A model generated the notes under the pieces. It saw nothing but the letters and a program-made list of their open reading frames with translations. It was not told where the DNA came from and made no database searches. DNA of 27,420 nucleotides from a virus. Lineage: Duplodnaviria; Caudoviricetes. A program made the translations under genes and the position numbers. Below, in pieces: positions 14,001 to 21,962 of the stretch. Position 1 is the stretch's first letter; each line of letters starts with the position of its first letter. The DNA is taken from IMG/VR virus record IMGVR_UViG_3300033076_000527, positions 1 to 27,420 of that record. The stretch is one strand, 5' to 3'.

Positions 14001-16892
14001 CTTGCGGAACTCATTGAGCGTGTTGCCGTAGGAGACCAGTTCGAGCACAGCATCCAGCTCGTTGCCTTTGGCCATCAGACCTTTGAGCAAATTCTGAACT
14101 TCCAGTGCCTTGCCAGTCAGCTCGCCTTTGTAGTTGACGACGGACTTCAGCGACTTCTTGAGCTGCACCACGGCAGGGTGGTTGGGGTTCTTGTAGACGA
14201 ACGACTGCAGCGCGGCGTGGAACGCCTCGTGCAAGATGACCTCTGGGGATTCTTCCTCGTTGAGATACACCGTATTGGTCTTGGGGTCAAAGCGGGGGTT
14301 GCCCTCTTTGATGAACTCTAGCTTGATGCCGCCTTCTTGACCAACAAGCGTCTCGCGCAGCGCCAGAGCGAGCGTGCGCTCCATGGGCGTGCCGTTTGTA
14401 CGCATGTAGTGCAAGATTGCTGGCAGCCCTTTGAGCACGCCGTTGTCTTTGCCTGCGTCGATGCCTTCCTTGGCGATCTTGACCAGCGTAGGCATCTTGC
14501 CTTTGCCCTTGACCTCGATGGAACCACGGATAGCCCCAGTGCGGATGTCAGCGGTGTCTGGTTGCTTACCCATGAACGCTTCGCGCTTGGCCGCGCCCCA
14601 TGCTTGTGACAGCATGGTGTCGAGCTTTTTGAGCTCGTTGCGGACTTCTTTCTTCATGCTGCCGGGCGAAACTACCTTGCCTTGCACCATGTCTTTGACG
14701 AGGCGCACAACGGCTTCCACGTCTTTGGCGTTGCCACCCACCGCGTCACCGAGCTCGGCCAGCGCGACTTGCACGTTGGCTGCTTGCATCTCTACAGCAG
14801 AGGCTTGCTCATCAGCGAACTGCGCGGCGTTGCTGCGCTTGGCGATCTTGTTGCGGCGTGACAGGGCTTGGCCACCTTGGTCAGAGTAGACCTTGTAAGC
14901 ATTGGCGAAGTTGCGCAGGGCGTCAACGATTTGGCCAGATTTCTCGTCAGCCACTTCTTTGCCGAGCACCAGTGCATCACGGATGCGCTTGAGGCCAGAC
15001 TGGTCGATGCGGGTGCGGCCGGGAACGGCCTTGCCGCCAGACTTCACAGAAGCTGGCAACACATCACCGATGTCTTCGTTTTCAGCGTCAGCGAGCAGCT
15101 TGCTTAGTTGCTTTGATTCGGTTGCTGAGAGTTCTTGTCCTTGCGCTTTTGCTTGGACGGCTTGAGCGGTTTGAGTGCCACCTTCGGCTCCTTGGGTTGG
15201 TGTTGGACGTGCTGTGAGTGGTACAGCAGGGATTGTTGGCTCGACAGCCGTGGGGCGGTCTAAGCGGATGTTGCTGAACGGTGCTGGCTGTTGGGGGACG
15301 AGCTGCGTGCGTTGCACGGCTGGCTGCACATCTGTAGGCTCAACAGGCTGCATCACCTGTGGGTTCATGATGCGTGCGAAGTCAGCCTTAGTGCCTGCAC
15401 CTTTGGTCAGGCCGGGCAAAGTCTCAGCGCCAGCGGCTGCGCTCAACAACGAGATGATGGGAGCTTCTTGCTGTGCTGCCTCTGCTTCGAGGCGGCTGGT
15501 GATGCCACGGGCTTGGTCGCCGACTTCTTGGGCACGCAACAACTGGTCGCCTTGTTGGCCAACCAAAGACTGGTATTGCTGGCCGATGCCCTGCACGCGC
15601 TTGAGTGTCTCATCCTTGGCCAGCATCAGGTCTTGGAACTCTTGGCCAGCCTGCTGCGCAGATGCGAACGACGACAACAATGCCGAGGCTTCAGCCTCCG
15701 ACATGGGGCGGCCAGCGGCTGCACGCTTTGCGAGCTCGGCTTCTGGGTTGAAGTCGGCCAGCATGGTCTCGTTGATGCGCTTGATGTAGTCATCAGGCTT
15801 GGCGGTCAGGTCTGTGCCAGCCCCCTTGATCTCAGCATCAACTTTTTGCTGTGCAGCGATGCGTGCGTCTTCGAGCATCAACTGCTCGTTGAACCAGTTG
15901 TCAACATCTGCCTCACCAACGCCTTGGCGCTTGGCTTCGGCCATCACAGCGTCCATTGCTTGAGCGCGGACAGCGGTGGGGGTATCAGGGTTGTAGAGAG
16001 CGTCTTTGAGCGCCTGCGCACCGCGTGCACGTGCCATGGAGCCACCGAGTGCCAGTGGGCCCAACAGCATGGTCAGGCCGAAGCCGCCAAGTGCAGATTG
16101 TTTGGCGATCTCGCCGAGGTCTTCCTCTTTGGCACCGTATGAGCGCTCGATGAGCGAGGTACCAACGTCTTGGGCGACTTCAGTCGCAGGCTGCACGACG
16201 GCGTTTGCGGCCATGCCTTTGAGGAACGGCTTGGCAATGCCTGTGTCGGTCAATGCGCCAGCAACACCAGCAGTTGTTTTGCCACCGAGCGCGGCGGCGA
16301 GTGGGCGGGCTGCACGAAGGCCGACGGCCGTAGCAACACCTTCCAGTGGGCCCTGCACCAAGCCAACACGGCGGGCGGCATCAATGGCGTCTTGCTCAGA
16401 AGCGCCTTCGGCTTTGAGCTTCTCATAGGTTTCTTGGGCAGATGATGTGCCGAACAAAGTGGCAGCTGCAGCAGGGGCAATGGCTTGGCCGCCGGGCAAC
16501 AGGGATGTCGCCATGACAGCGCCTACAGGGGCGAGGCCACGAGCACCTAAAACACCAGCTTGGCCGACGAGGCCACGGCCACGCATGTCAGGGACGTAAT
16601 CCACTGCACGCTCTTCAGCACCTTGAACCAGCTCTTTGCCGAGCTCGGGGGCTGCGCCTGTGTACTGCAGACCTTGGCCAACCATCTTGGGTAGATCAAC
16701 GACCGCGCCACCAACTGCTTGGCGGCCCATCTCGGCCAGAGTGCCACGTGGCTTGAAACCGAAATAGTCGGCAGTCTCTTCAAAGCTCTTGCCAATACGT
16801 TGGCTATAGTCTCGTAGGAGTGCGTCGTCAGAAAGACCTTGTAACTCCGCTGGCGCTGCCGCGCGGAGTTCGTTCAAAGAGAAAATAGCCAT
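11046..16892 (-). CDS. Large internal virion/DNA ejection (polyvalent-type) protein with zincin-like metallopeptidase domain, 1948 aa
   Basis: Last and largest of three internal-protein genes after the tail genes; Gly/Ala-rich hydrophobic N-terminal helices; EVILHEAFH...ELVSYG; C-terminal FGDYD...LPFISW region typical of ejection proteins; GGAG RBS. Confidence 0.75.
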   Translation of the reverse strand: MAIFSLNELRAAAPAELQGLSDDALLRDYSQRIGKSFEETADYFGFKPRGTLAEMGRQAVGGAVVDLPKMVGQGLQYTGAAPELGKELVQGAEERAVDYVPDMRGRGLVGQAGVLGARGLAPVGAVMATSLLPGGQAIAPAAAATLFGTSSAQETYEKLKAEGASEQDAIDAARRVGLVQGPLEGVATAVGLRAARPLAAALGGKTTAGVAGALTDTGIAKPFLKGMAANAVVQPATEVAQDVGTSLIERSYGAKEEDLGEIAKQSALGGFGLTMLLGPLALGGSMARARGAQALKDALYNPDTPTAVRAQAMDAVMAEAKRQGVGEADVDNWFNEQLMLEDARIAAQQKVDAEIKGAGTDLTAKPDDYIKRINETMLADFNPEAELAKRAAAGRPMSEAEASALLSSFASAQQAGQEFQDLMLAKDETLKRVQGIGQQYQSLVGQQGDQLLRAQEVGDQARGITSRLEAEAAQQEAPIISLLSAAAGAETLPGLTKGAGTKADFARIMNPQVMQPVEPTDVQPAVQRTQLVPQQPAPFSNIRLDRPTAVEPTIPAVPLTARPTPTQGAEGGTQTAQAVQAKAQGQELSATESKQLSKLLADAENEDIGDVLPASVKSGGKAVPGRTRIDQSGLKRIRDALVLGKEVADEKSGQIVDALRNFANAYKVYSDQGGQALSRRNKIAKRSNAAQFADEQASAVEMQAANVQVALAELGDAVGGNAKDVEAVVRLVKDMVQGKVVSPGSMKKEVRNELKKLDTMLSQAWGAAKREAFMGKQPDTADIRTGAIRGSIEVKGKGKMPTLVKIAKEGIDAGKDNGVLKGLPAILHYMRTNGTPMERTLALALRETLVGQEGGIKLEFIKEGNPRFDPKTNTVYLNEEESPEVILHEAFHAALQSFVYKNPNHPAVVQLKKSLKSVVNYKGELTGKALEVQNLLKGLMAKGNELDAVLELVSYGNTLNEFRKALQTMKSDKNIPKTFLESINSAWTAIKQIATRLLGGRASLASDVLQSSLELLEKAAKQTPEVGQGQVLEAAVTTTKPVSDAKVAEALGVSEQDYTRFAKSNGVQLQMTQRAFEAVGWSEANMRALVGKAGDKTRAFIEKNFPGAEIVLGWINSRYNVNESVSRIMDTFKLNKGIGYQYAEDLANVISRRPAEDVNALIAYMDGDKKALDKLPDAMKLKAVADKLKSWFDMYVAELTPVEQRYFQSRKFSETLLFPERTEQVAGQTFGLGKINEVLGLKREGETELDSNWFQKDDNGDLVVDGDAYRVFEVNRLSGKGELVPAGFMSAARFAELGGVNPMGFTVDTSRKWLFEGMKNGKYSFVTNTTAKDKIANEKADDVANALRNTIAALANNYASKHFIKSVYDMGRGDNPHAQVAYDSLEDVNAAINEGITDPKDKIVILDNMVLKASHEISRSPQTKALYRQSGTWVELPDSPVYGELAGKFIPGPVWNAMGDMSDRQPIVNWRAANNTMRWFKKSKTVWNFGTHVTNTASNVTMAMVHDISFGTMRDAAKILAKYEANPKSLTKPELELMMAFRDSGAMLADYSSAEVKEAIYKAHEANLRGGEDISVMRRVGGWLGVEKAKAEWLQAQAKKVGKGAEYLDDLSSQLYAAEDNIFRMAAFLKTAGALQQRAGVRAPTAEMMREAGLFARKAFGDYDIDSKAVKIARQTALPFISWFYAMAPVIGRIAVYEPWKLANVMMAYMILEAAMGGAAGDDEELRKQGPESIRERMFGSVGPYMNIRIPFMGDEENPVYYKLGDYFPLASFTRGLPNGMMGQSWIPASLTPSGPFVSGILGLVGGVDPYTGKSLHKPTDTEWQKLWTSAKFTYDTATIPLINSRNISKVDDIIEGKTGITGNEPSSLPIARAFGLKFYDFNVTEQAAINDIVVKRIQKDFKSAMTSAKRDEYRKAYPDYDALDEKLEELRTRMDKEIEKARGGAEE

Positions 16893-16904
16893 TGCTGCTC
16901 CGTG

Positions 16905-18470
16905 TTAGCGTGGCATCAAGTCCGCATACCAAGGGCGAGATAAGCCAGAACCGCTGGGGAACTTGTACCCCAAATCTTCGAGCTCGTCCTTCTCCATTAC
17001 ACGAACACTGCCGTCAGGCAATTCTACGTTATAGCCCATGTTTCCTGCGCGACTAAGCAGCTTTGTGTTCATTGAGTTGAGCTTAGGGGCTTGTGTCTGC
17101 AGACCTTCTTGCTTGGCTGCGCCACCTTGGCCGCCGCCAGCGCCTGTGTTGGCGTAAGGGTTACTACCTAGACCAGACTGCACAGTGTTTGCCGTTGGGT
17201 TGACGAAGTTATACACGCCCATCTGCACTGCCTTCTTGTCTTTCTCAGCTTGTGGCAGACGTGCATTGCGGTCGTCTTTCTCCCAGTCGCGGTACGCACG
17301 CAGGTTCTCTTTTTCTACATCAGACATCATCTGGCCGGGGCGAGCCTGTGGGCCCAAAGCTACTTGCCCGCCGATCTTGGCGTTAGCCATGTTGAACTTG
17401 CGAATCAAGCCTTGGCCTTTGGGGCCAGCTTTTTCGATGTCGGTCAAGTCGTCATATTCAGCTGCGATGTCAGCGGCTTTAGCGCGGCCTTCACGTTCAT
17501 CTTTCAACGAGGTGCGGCGTTCGCGGCTGAGTGCAGCAGATTCTCCGCTAGCTGCAACAGAAGCCTTAGACGCTTCGATTTGCTGCTGTTTAGTTTGCGT
17601 ACCGAGCAACCATGAACCAAGGTTCTCTGGCTCAACAGCTTGTTTGTTGAGGTACTCAGTAGCTAGCGCCTCGCTGTTGAATGACTGAGAGCTTGTGACT
17701 TTGCCAGATGCTTTGTCGATGAAGTTCAGTGTCACAGCACCGCCCTTGCCGGGCACGATGGCCAAGTCAGTCTTGTCGTCGAAATCAGGGTCTGTGTTGT
17801 AGAGAGTGCCCAGCTGCGCGAGGTTTTTACCCTGTAGTTTTTTCTGGATGCCAGATTTGAACAGCGACAGATCAGCCTTGTCGATGTTGAGGCGTGTAGT
17901 GACGGCCTTCTCCCACTGCTCAGGCGTGAACTTGAACTCCTTTTGCGCAGCTTCCTTGAGTTGCGCGGCGGTCATATCAGGGTTCTGCGCAGCAAACTCG
18001 CCGAACTTGGCGTAGCGAGTTTCAGCATCGTCTTCACGTTGGGCTTTGTTTAACTGCAAACCAGTCAACTGCTGCTGTTGCGCACGGGCTTCGAGTTCAC
18101 TCGCTTTGTCGATCTGGCCATATTGACGGTAAACATCGGCCAAACCAGCTGTACGCTGCGCACCTGCTGCGCGTTGGGCTTCTTGCATGGTCGCGTAGTT
18201 CTGTCCACCGCTTGACACTGAGTAATCAGGCGCAGTCAAGCCTTGGCGGCGCTGGAGTTCAGCGATTGCTGGCTCGTACTGAGCCGCTTGCTCTGGGAAC
18301 TGCTGTTGCAAACCACGGAGTTGCTCGATATTGCTAGACAGCTCAGGGCCGTAGGCACCTTCTGTGACTTTGTACTTCTTAGCTTCTTCAGCCAGAGCGC
18401 CTTCAAGTTGGCCTTGGCGAATTGTCTCACCGAGGCGAATACCTGCTTGTAAACCTGATGCCCATCCCAT
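16905..18470 (-). CDS. Putative internal virion/ejection protein, 521 aa
   Basis: Start moved to ATG 18470 (MGWASGLQAG) with AAGGAG RBS; Gln/Ala-rich helical composition; middle position in the ejection gene trio. Confidence 0.65.
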   Translation of the reverse strand: MGWASGLQAGIRLGETIRQGQLEGALAEEAKKYKVTEGAYGPELSSNIEQLRGLQQQFPEQAAQYEPAIAELQRRQGLTAPDYSVSSGGQNYATMQEAQRAAGAQRTAGLADVYRQYGQIDKASELEARAQQQQLTGLQLNKAQREDDAETRYAKFGEFAAQNPDMTAAQLKEAAQKEFKFTPEQWEKAVTTRLNIDKADLSLFKSGIQKKLQGKNLAQLGTLYNTDPDFDDKTDLAIVPGKGGAVTLNFIDKASGKVTSSQSFNSEALATEYLNKQAVEPENLGSWLLGTQTKQQQIEASKASVAASGESAALSRERRTSLKDEREGRAKAADIAAEYDDLTDIEKAGPKGQGLIRKFNMANAKIGGQVALGPQARPGQMMSDVEKENLRAYRDWEKDDRNARLPQAEKDKKAVQMGVYNFVNPTANTVQSGLGSNPYANTGAGGGQGGAAKQEGLQTQAPKLNSMNTKLLSRAGNMGYNVELPDGSVRVMEKDELEDLGYKFPSGSGLSRPWYADLMPR

Positions 18471-18480
18471 GGTGTGCTCC

Positions 18481-19491
18481 TTAGACTTTCTTGAACTCGA
18501 TGTCGAGCTTTTCGTAATTGACGGCGTCGAAGCCATCAGGCATTGTGAACACCGCTTCTGGGAAGAGAGCCTTCACTTCGTCAGCCATCACACCAACGTA
18601 TGTGTCGCCAGAGCCGCCAATGTACGTGAACTCGTACAAGGTCAAGCCTGTGCGCTCATCTACGCCTACTGGTTTGATGTTCTCTTTCAAGCGGCGGTCA
18701 GACTTATAAGCTGTAGCACCAGCGCCAAGAGCTGCACCGTACATTTCACCTTCCGCCTGTAGGCCAGCAGAGTAGCGACTTGTTTGGTTGCTGAGTACAT
18801 TACCCAGCGCAGTATTCTGCATCTGTAGCCCAGAGCTGATTGTGCCGACACCTTGGTTATAGAGGTTGCCGAACTGATTACCAGCGGCCATCGAAGTATT
18901 GATACCGGAGGTGCCAGCGCCTGTCGCGCCTTGGTAAGCAGCCGTAGAAGCGCCAGCGAGGTTGCGGCCGAGACCAGTCACGTCCATACGGCGTGCCCAT
19001 CCCATTTGTTCTGCTTGGGTGCGAGCACCAGTCATAGCCTGCGCACGCTGGGCAGCTAGGCCGAGAGCGTTCTGGTTCTGCATGGCGAGGCCAGCACCGG
19101 AGTTCATATTGACGCCACGAGCAGCGGCGGCGCGAGACGCCATCGCTTGGTTTTGTCCAAAGGCTTGCGCCGAGGCAGCAGCAGCATCTCGGGCTAATTG
19201 CTCACGGTAGTTCTCCGTGCTGAAATTACGAGCATCTGCAACGAGACCCTGTTCTACAGGGCGATACGTACTCTTCATGTAGTCGTAGTAGTCTTGCCCC
19301 TGCTGCATTTGTTGCTGCTGGGCAGCCATCTGTTGCGCAGCAACTTGTCGAGCAATAGGTGCTTGTTCCGCGTATTGGCGCTGTGCGAAGGCCAACTGGC
19401 GATCACCGAGCCCGCGCATAATTTCCGCCGAGTCGCGTGCTGCCTTAGCTAACGGCTCATAGTCTGGCATTGCCCCTGCTTTACCACCCAT
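18481..19491 (-). CDS. Putative DNA pilot/ejection protein with C-terminal peptidase S74 intramolecular chaperone domain
   Basis: MGGK start, Gln/Ala/Gly-rich helices, then SDRRLKENI...YEFTY...GVMADEV...PEAV...AVNY. Confidence 0.75.
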   Translation of the reverse strand: MGGKAGAMPDYEPLAKAARDSAEIMRGLGDRQLAFAQRQYAEQAPIARQVAAQQMAAQQQQMQQGQDYYDYMKSTYRPVEQGLVADARNFSTENYREQLARDAAAASAQAFGQNQAMASRAAAARGVNMNSGAGLAMQNQNALGLAAQRAQAMTGARTQAEQMGWARRMDVTGLGRNLAGASTAAYQGATGAGTSGINTSMAAGNQFGNLYNQGVGTISSGLQMQNTALGNVLSNQTSRYSAGLQAEGEMYGAALGAGATAYKSDRRLKENIKPVGVDERTGLTLYEFTYIGGSGDTYVGVMADEVKALFPEAVFTMPDGFDAVNYEKLDIEFKKV

Positions 19492-19494
19492 AAT

Positions 19495-19911
19495 CTACTC
19501 CTTTGGCAGCCAGCGACAGTTGTCAGGCCACAAAACCAAAATGTGCATATCAGCGCCCGGTGCGCCATCTTTCATCACAAACTCTTCCTCGAAACCGAGG
19601 TGCTTGTCAAATGCCAGTATTTTAGGCTCATTCGAGGGAACCATGCCAGTTAATCTTTTCAATTTGCACTGTCGGAACGCGTAATCGCAGACCGCCTCAA
19701 ACAGCGGAATAATCATTTTGGTTGGGTATGCGATGGCAATGTGACATGTGGCGTTAGCGCCGTTCATGTTGTTGATGACAACACCCGCGATAACTTCGTC
19801 CCCGCGAACGACCCCCATGGCGTAGAAGCTACCCCAGTCCGCACCCTGCCCCACTTGTCTGGCGACCCATGCGCCAATACGCTCTTTTTGATTGAAAACG
19901 AGTTCTGCCAT
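19495..19911 (-). CDS. GNAT-fold acetyltransferase-like virion assembly protein (P22 gp14/T7 gp13 position)
   Basis: IAGVV, YAFRQCKLKRLTGMVPSNEPKILAFDKHLGFEEE (GNAT motif B); lies between tail and ejection genes. Confidence 0.8.
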   Translation of the reverse strand: MAELVFNQKERIGAWVARQVGQGADWGSFYAMGVVRGDEVIAGVVINNMNGANATCHIAIAYPTKMIIPLFEAVCDYAFRQCKLKRLTGMVPSNEPKILAFDKHLGFEEEFVMKDGAPGADMHILVLWPDNCRWLPKE

Positions 19912-19931
19912 GGGGTCACATTATGCGGCAA

Positions 19932-21962
19932 TCATTCGCCTAGGGCTACCCAGTTCAACGAACCTTCAGCCAAAACTTGAGAGGAAGCCAAGCTGAAGTT
20001 GTAGTAGTTAAGCGAGAAACTGTTCACAGCAGTGGTTGAGTTGGTCAGCGCACGACGCCGTGACACGGTTCCTGTCAAGCCAGTCAATTCGAGTTTGGCA
20101 TAAGACCCACTGTTAAACGAGCCAACGCCAGCGGTGGCAGAGAAAGTAAGTGTTAGGTTACTTGTGTACGTCTTTGTAAGGTTTGTACCGCTGCCTGAGA
20201 AAAGACTCAGGCCCGACCCTGTAATGGTCGCGGACGCATAAGGCGGCGTGTTGATGATCTGATATGAATAGGTGTACGTGATCGACTGCCCCGTTTGCTC
20301 CCACCCAGAAGGTAGTGAGTATGAGGGCGAATAGTTAAGCGATTGTGTCGTCTGTGGTGGAGACTGAACAGTGATCGACTGGTAGTCCGAACGAGACAAG
20401 TTGTCCGTAGCGTATTCGTACGACGTACCTGTGTTGAATGTTCCGCCAGTGTCATACGCTTCGGTGACTACACGCACAGTCCAAGTGCCAGCGGACGGAA
20501 AGTTTACCGTGATGCTGGTTGTAACGTTAGCCGCAGTATCAGCACCTAGGTTTGACGTTGACCACGAGCTATCCACCCAAGACGAACCGTTCCAGTATTG
20601 CGCTTTCCAACGCACGGTGCGGTAGTAGTAATTTCCTGATGTGCCAGTACCACGATATGAGCGCAGCGTCACGTTTAGCGTTACAGCAGACGTATTAGCT
20701 GCAGTTGTGTACTGACTGCTTGTCCAGCCGGATGACGTAGTACCACTAGATTCGTTGATTACAGTTTGGCCAGTATTAGCCGCGAGACTCAATGTCGCAC
20801 GAGGTGTAAAGCGCCACACCATAGACCCAGCAGAGGACTCAGTGATGTTGTACGCCTCACACTGAATGGACTGACTTTGGTTCGCGTACGCCGCGTCGTA
20901 CAACTTGATGTTGGCTGGCGACACAATGATTTTTGGCTGTGCTGTAAAGTAGCCGGGGATGGTAACTTGCACGTTGTTCTGACCGACGCCAGTTTCAGTG
21001 CGAGACAACGCCTTGTAAAGCACAGTGCCGACATTGGGTACGTCTTTGTAAATCTCAAAGTTGCCGCTATACATGCGGGCCTTGTTTCCACCAGAGCCTT
21101 GAGAAATCACTTCACCAGTAAACTGTCCAGCACTAGCATACACAGTGCCCCGAATGACCGCGTTAGAGAACTCCGCGTTACCATCGCCGTTGATGCGCCA
21201 TCCGCGTGTGCCAGCAAGGTAATTTGATGACGAGACGGTTGTGCTCGCTGTAATTTCCCCCGTGGTCAATTTGTTGACGGTGAGGTTTGCTACTTTAGCG
21301 TCATCGACAGCGAGGTTACCGATCTTCGCATTGGTGATGGCCGCGTCATAGATGAACGCCGCCTTCATGTACGTACCCGCAGGGATGGTGACGCCACCGA
21401 TGGTGGTCGCAGTATCAAGTTGGAAGAACGGCGCTTCGCTGTTTGTGCCATACGCCTCCGCCAGCACATCCATTGTGTAAGCTAGGTCAGCAGGTGTTGA
21501 CGCGGATACACCACTCACAGCGTTGTACGGACCAGCAATATTACTCACGTTGACAAAGCGGACCCAGTAGTAGCGAGTAAGGCCGGGGCCAAGCTCATCT
21601 GCATATACGTCCCCGGGAGTCATGCCCAGAAGCACGGCTTGGCCAATGTTGTCTGAAGATGCACCCCACACCTCTGTATGCGAGTGCCCGCTATACATTG
21701 CAGCATCCCAGTTCAGAATTACGTTGCGGATAGCCGCTACAGCCACAAGGCCAGTAGGTGCGGGAGGAGCAGCGACGTATCCGGCAGCAGGCGGTTTTAC
21801 ATTGCCAGCCCCATCGGTAGACGCTATACCCGCGCTGGTCAACTCACTTAGAGAGACGAACCGATCTGAACCCCCGCCAGATACCATCTCACGAAGGCGA
21901 TCTAAAAACGTGCGTAGGTCTCGTGGAATATCTGATGTTACTGACGGCAGCCTTTTAGACAT
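19932..21962 (-). CDS. Tail fibre/host-specificity protein
   Basis: FN3-like block (PPAPTGL...LNW...TEVW...YYWVRFVN...GPY); ITNAKIGNLAVDDAKVANL repeats; GWRINGDGNAEF (J-like); Ser/Thr-rich beta C-terminus ending WVALGE. Confidence 0.8.
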   Translation of the reverse strand: MSKRLPSVTSDIPRDLRTFLDRLREMVSGGGSDRFVSLSELTSAGIASTDGAGNVKPPAAGYVAAPPAPTGLVAVAAIRNVILNWDAAMYSGHSHTEVWGASSDNIGQAVLLGMTPGDVYADELGPGLTRYYWVRFVNVSNIAGPYNAVSGVSASTPADLAYTMDVLAEAYGTNSEAPFFQLDTATTIGGVTIPAGTYMKAAFIYDAAITNAKIGNLAVDDAKVANLTVNKLTTGEITASTTVSSSNYLAGTRGWRINGDGNAEFSNAVIRGTVYASAGQFTGEVISQGSGGNKARMYSGNFEIYKDVPNVGTVLYKALSRTETGVGQNNVQVTIPGYFTAQPKIIVSPANIKLYDAAYANQSQSIQCEAYNITESSAGSMVWRFTPRATLSLAANTGQTVINESSGTTSSGWTSSQYTTAANTSAVTLNVTLRSYRGTGTSGNYYYRTVRWKAQYWNGSSWVDSSWSTSNLGADTAANVTTSITVNFPSAGTWTVRVVTEAYDTGGTFNTGTSYEYATDNLSRSDYQSITVQSPPQTTQSLNYSPSYSLPSGWEQTGQSITYTYSYQIINTPPYASATITGSGLSLFSGSGTNLTKTYTSNLTLTFSATAGVGSFNSGSYAKLELTGLTGTVSRRRALTNSTTAVNSFSLNYYNFSLASSQVLAEGSLNWVALGE

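Noticed and set aside
11037-16445. Many plus-strand ORFs of 150-290 aa opposite the 1948-aa gene
   Set aside because: Antisense shadow ORFs with unnatural His/Val-rich composition.
18471-18536. 22-aa N-terminal extension of the 543-aa ORF
   Set aside because: It overlaps the S74 gene, and the internal ATG at 18470 has a strong AAGGAG RBS.
19932-21962. Diversity-generating retroelement target in the tail fibre
   Set aside because: No reverse transcriptase and no TR/VR repeat pair noticed in the window.
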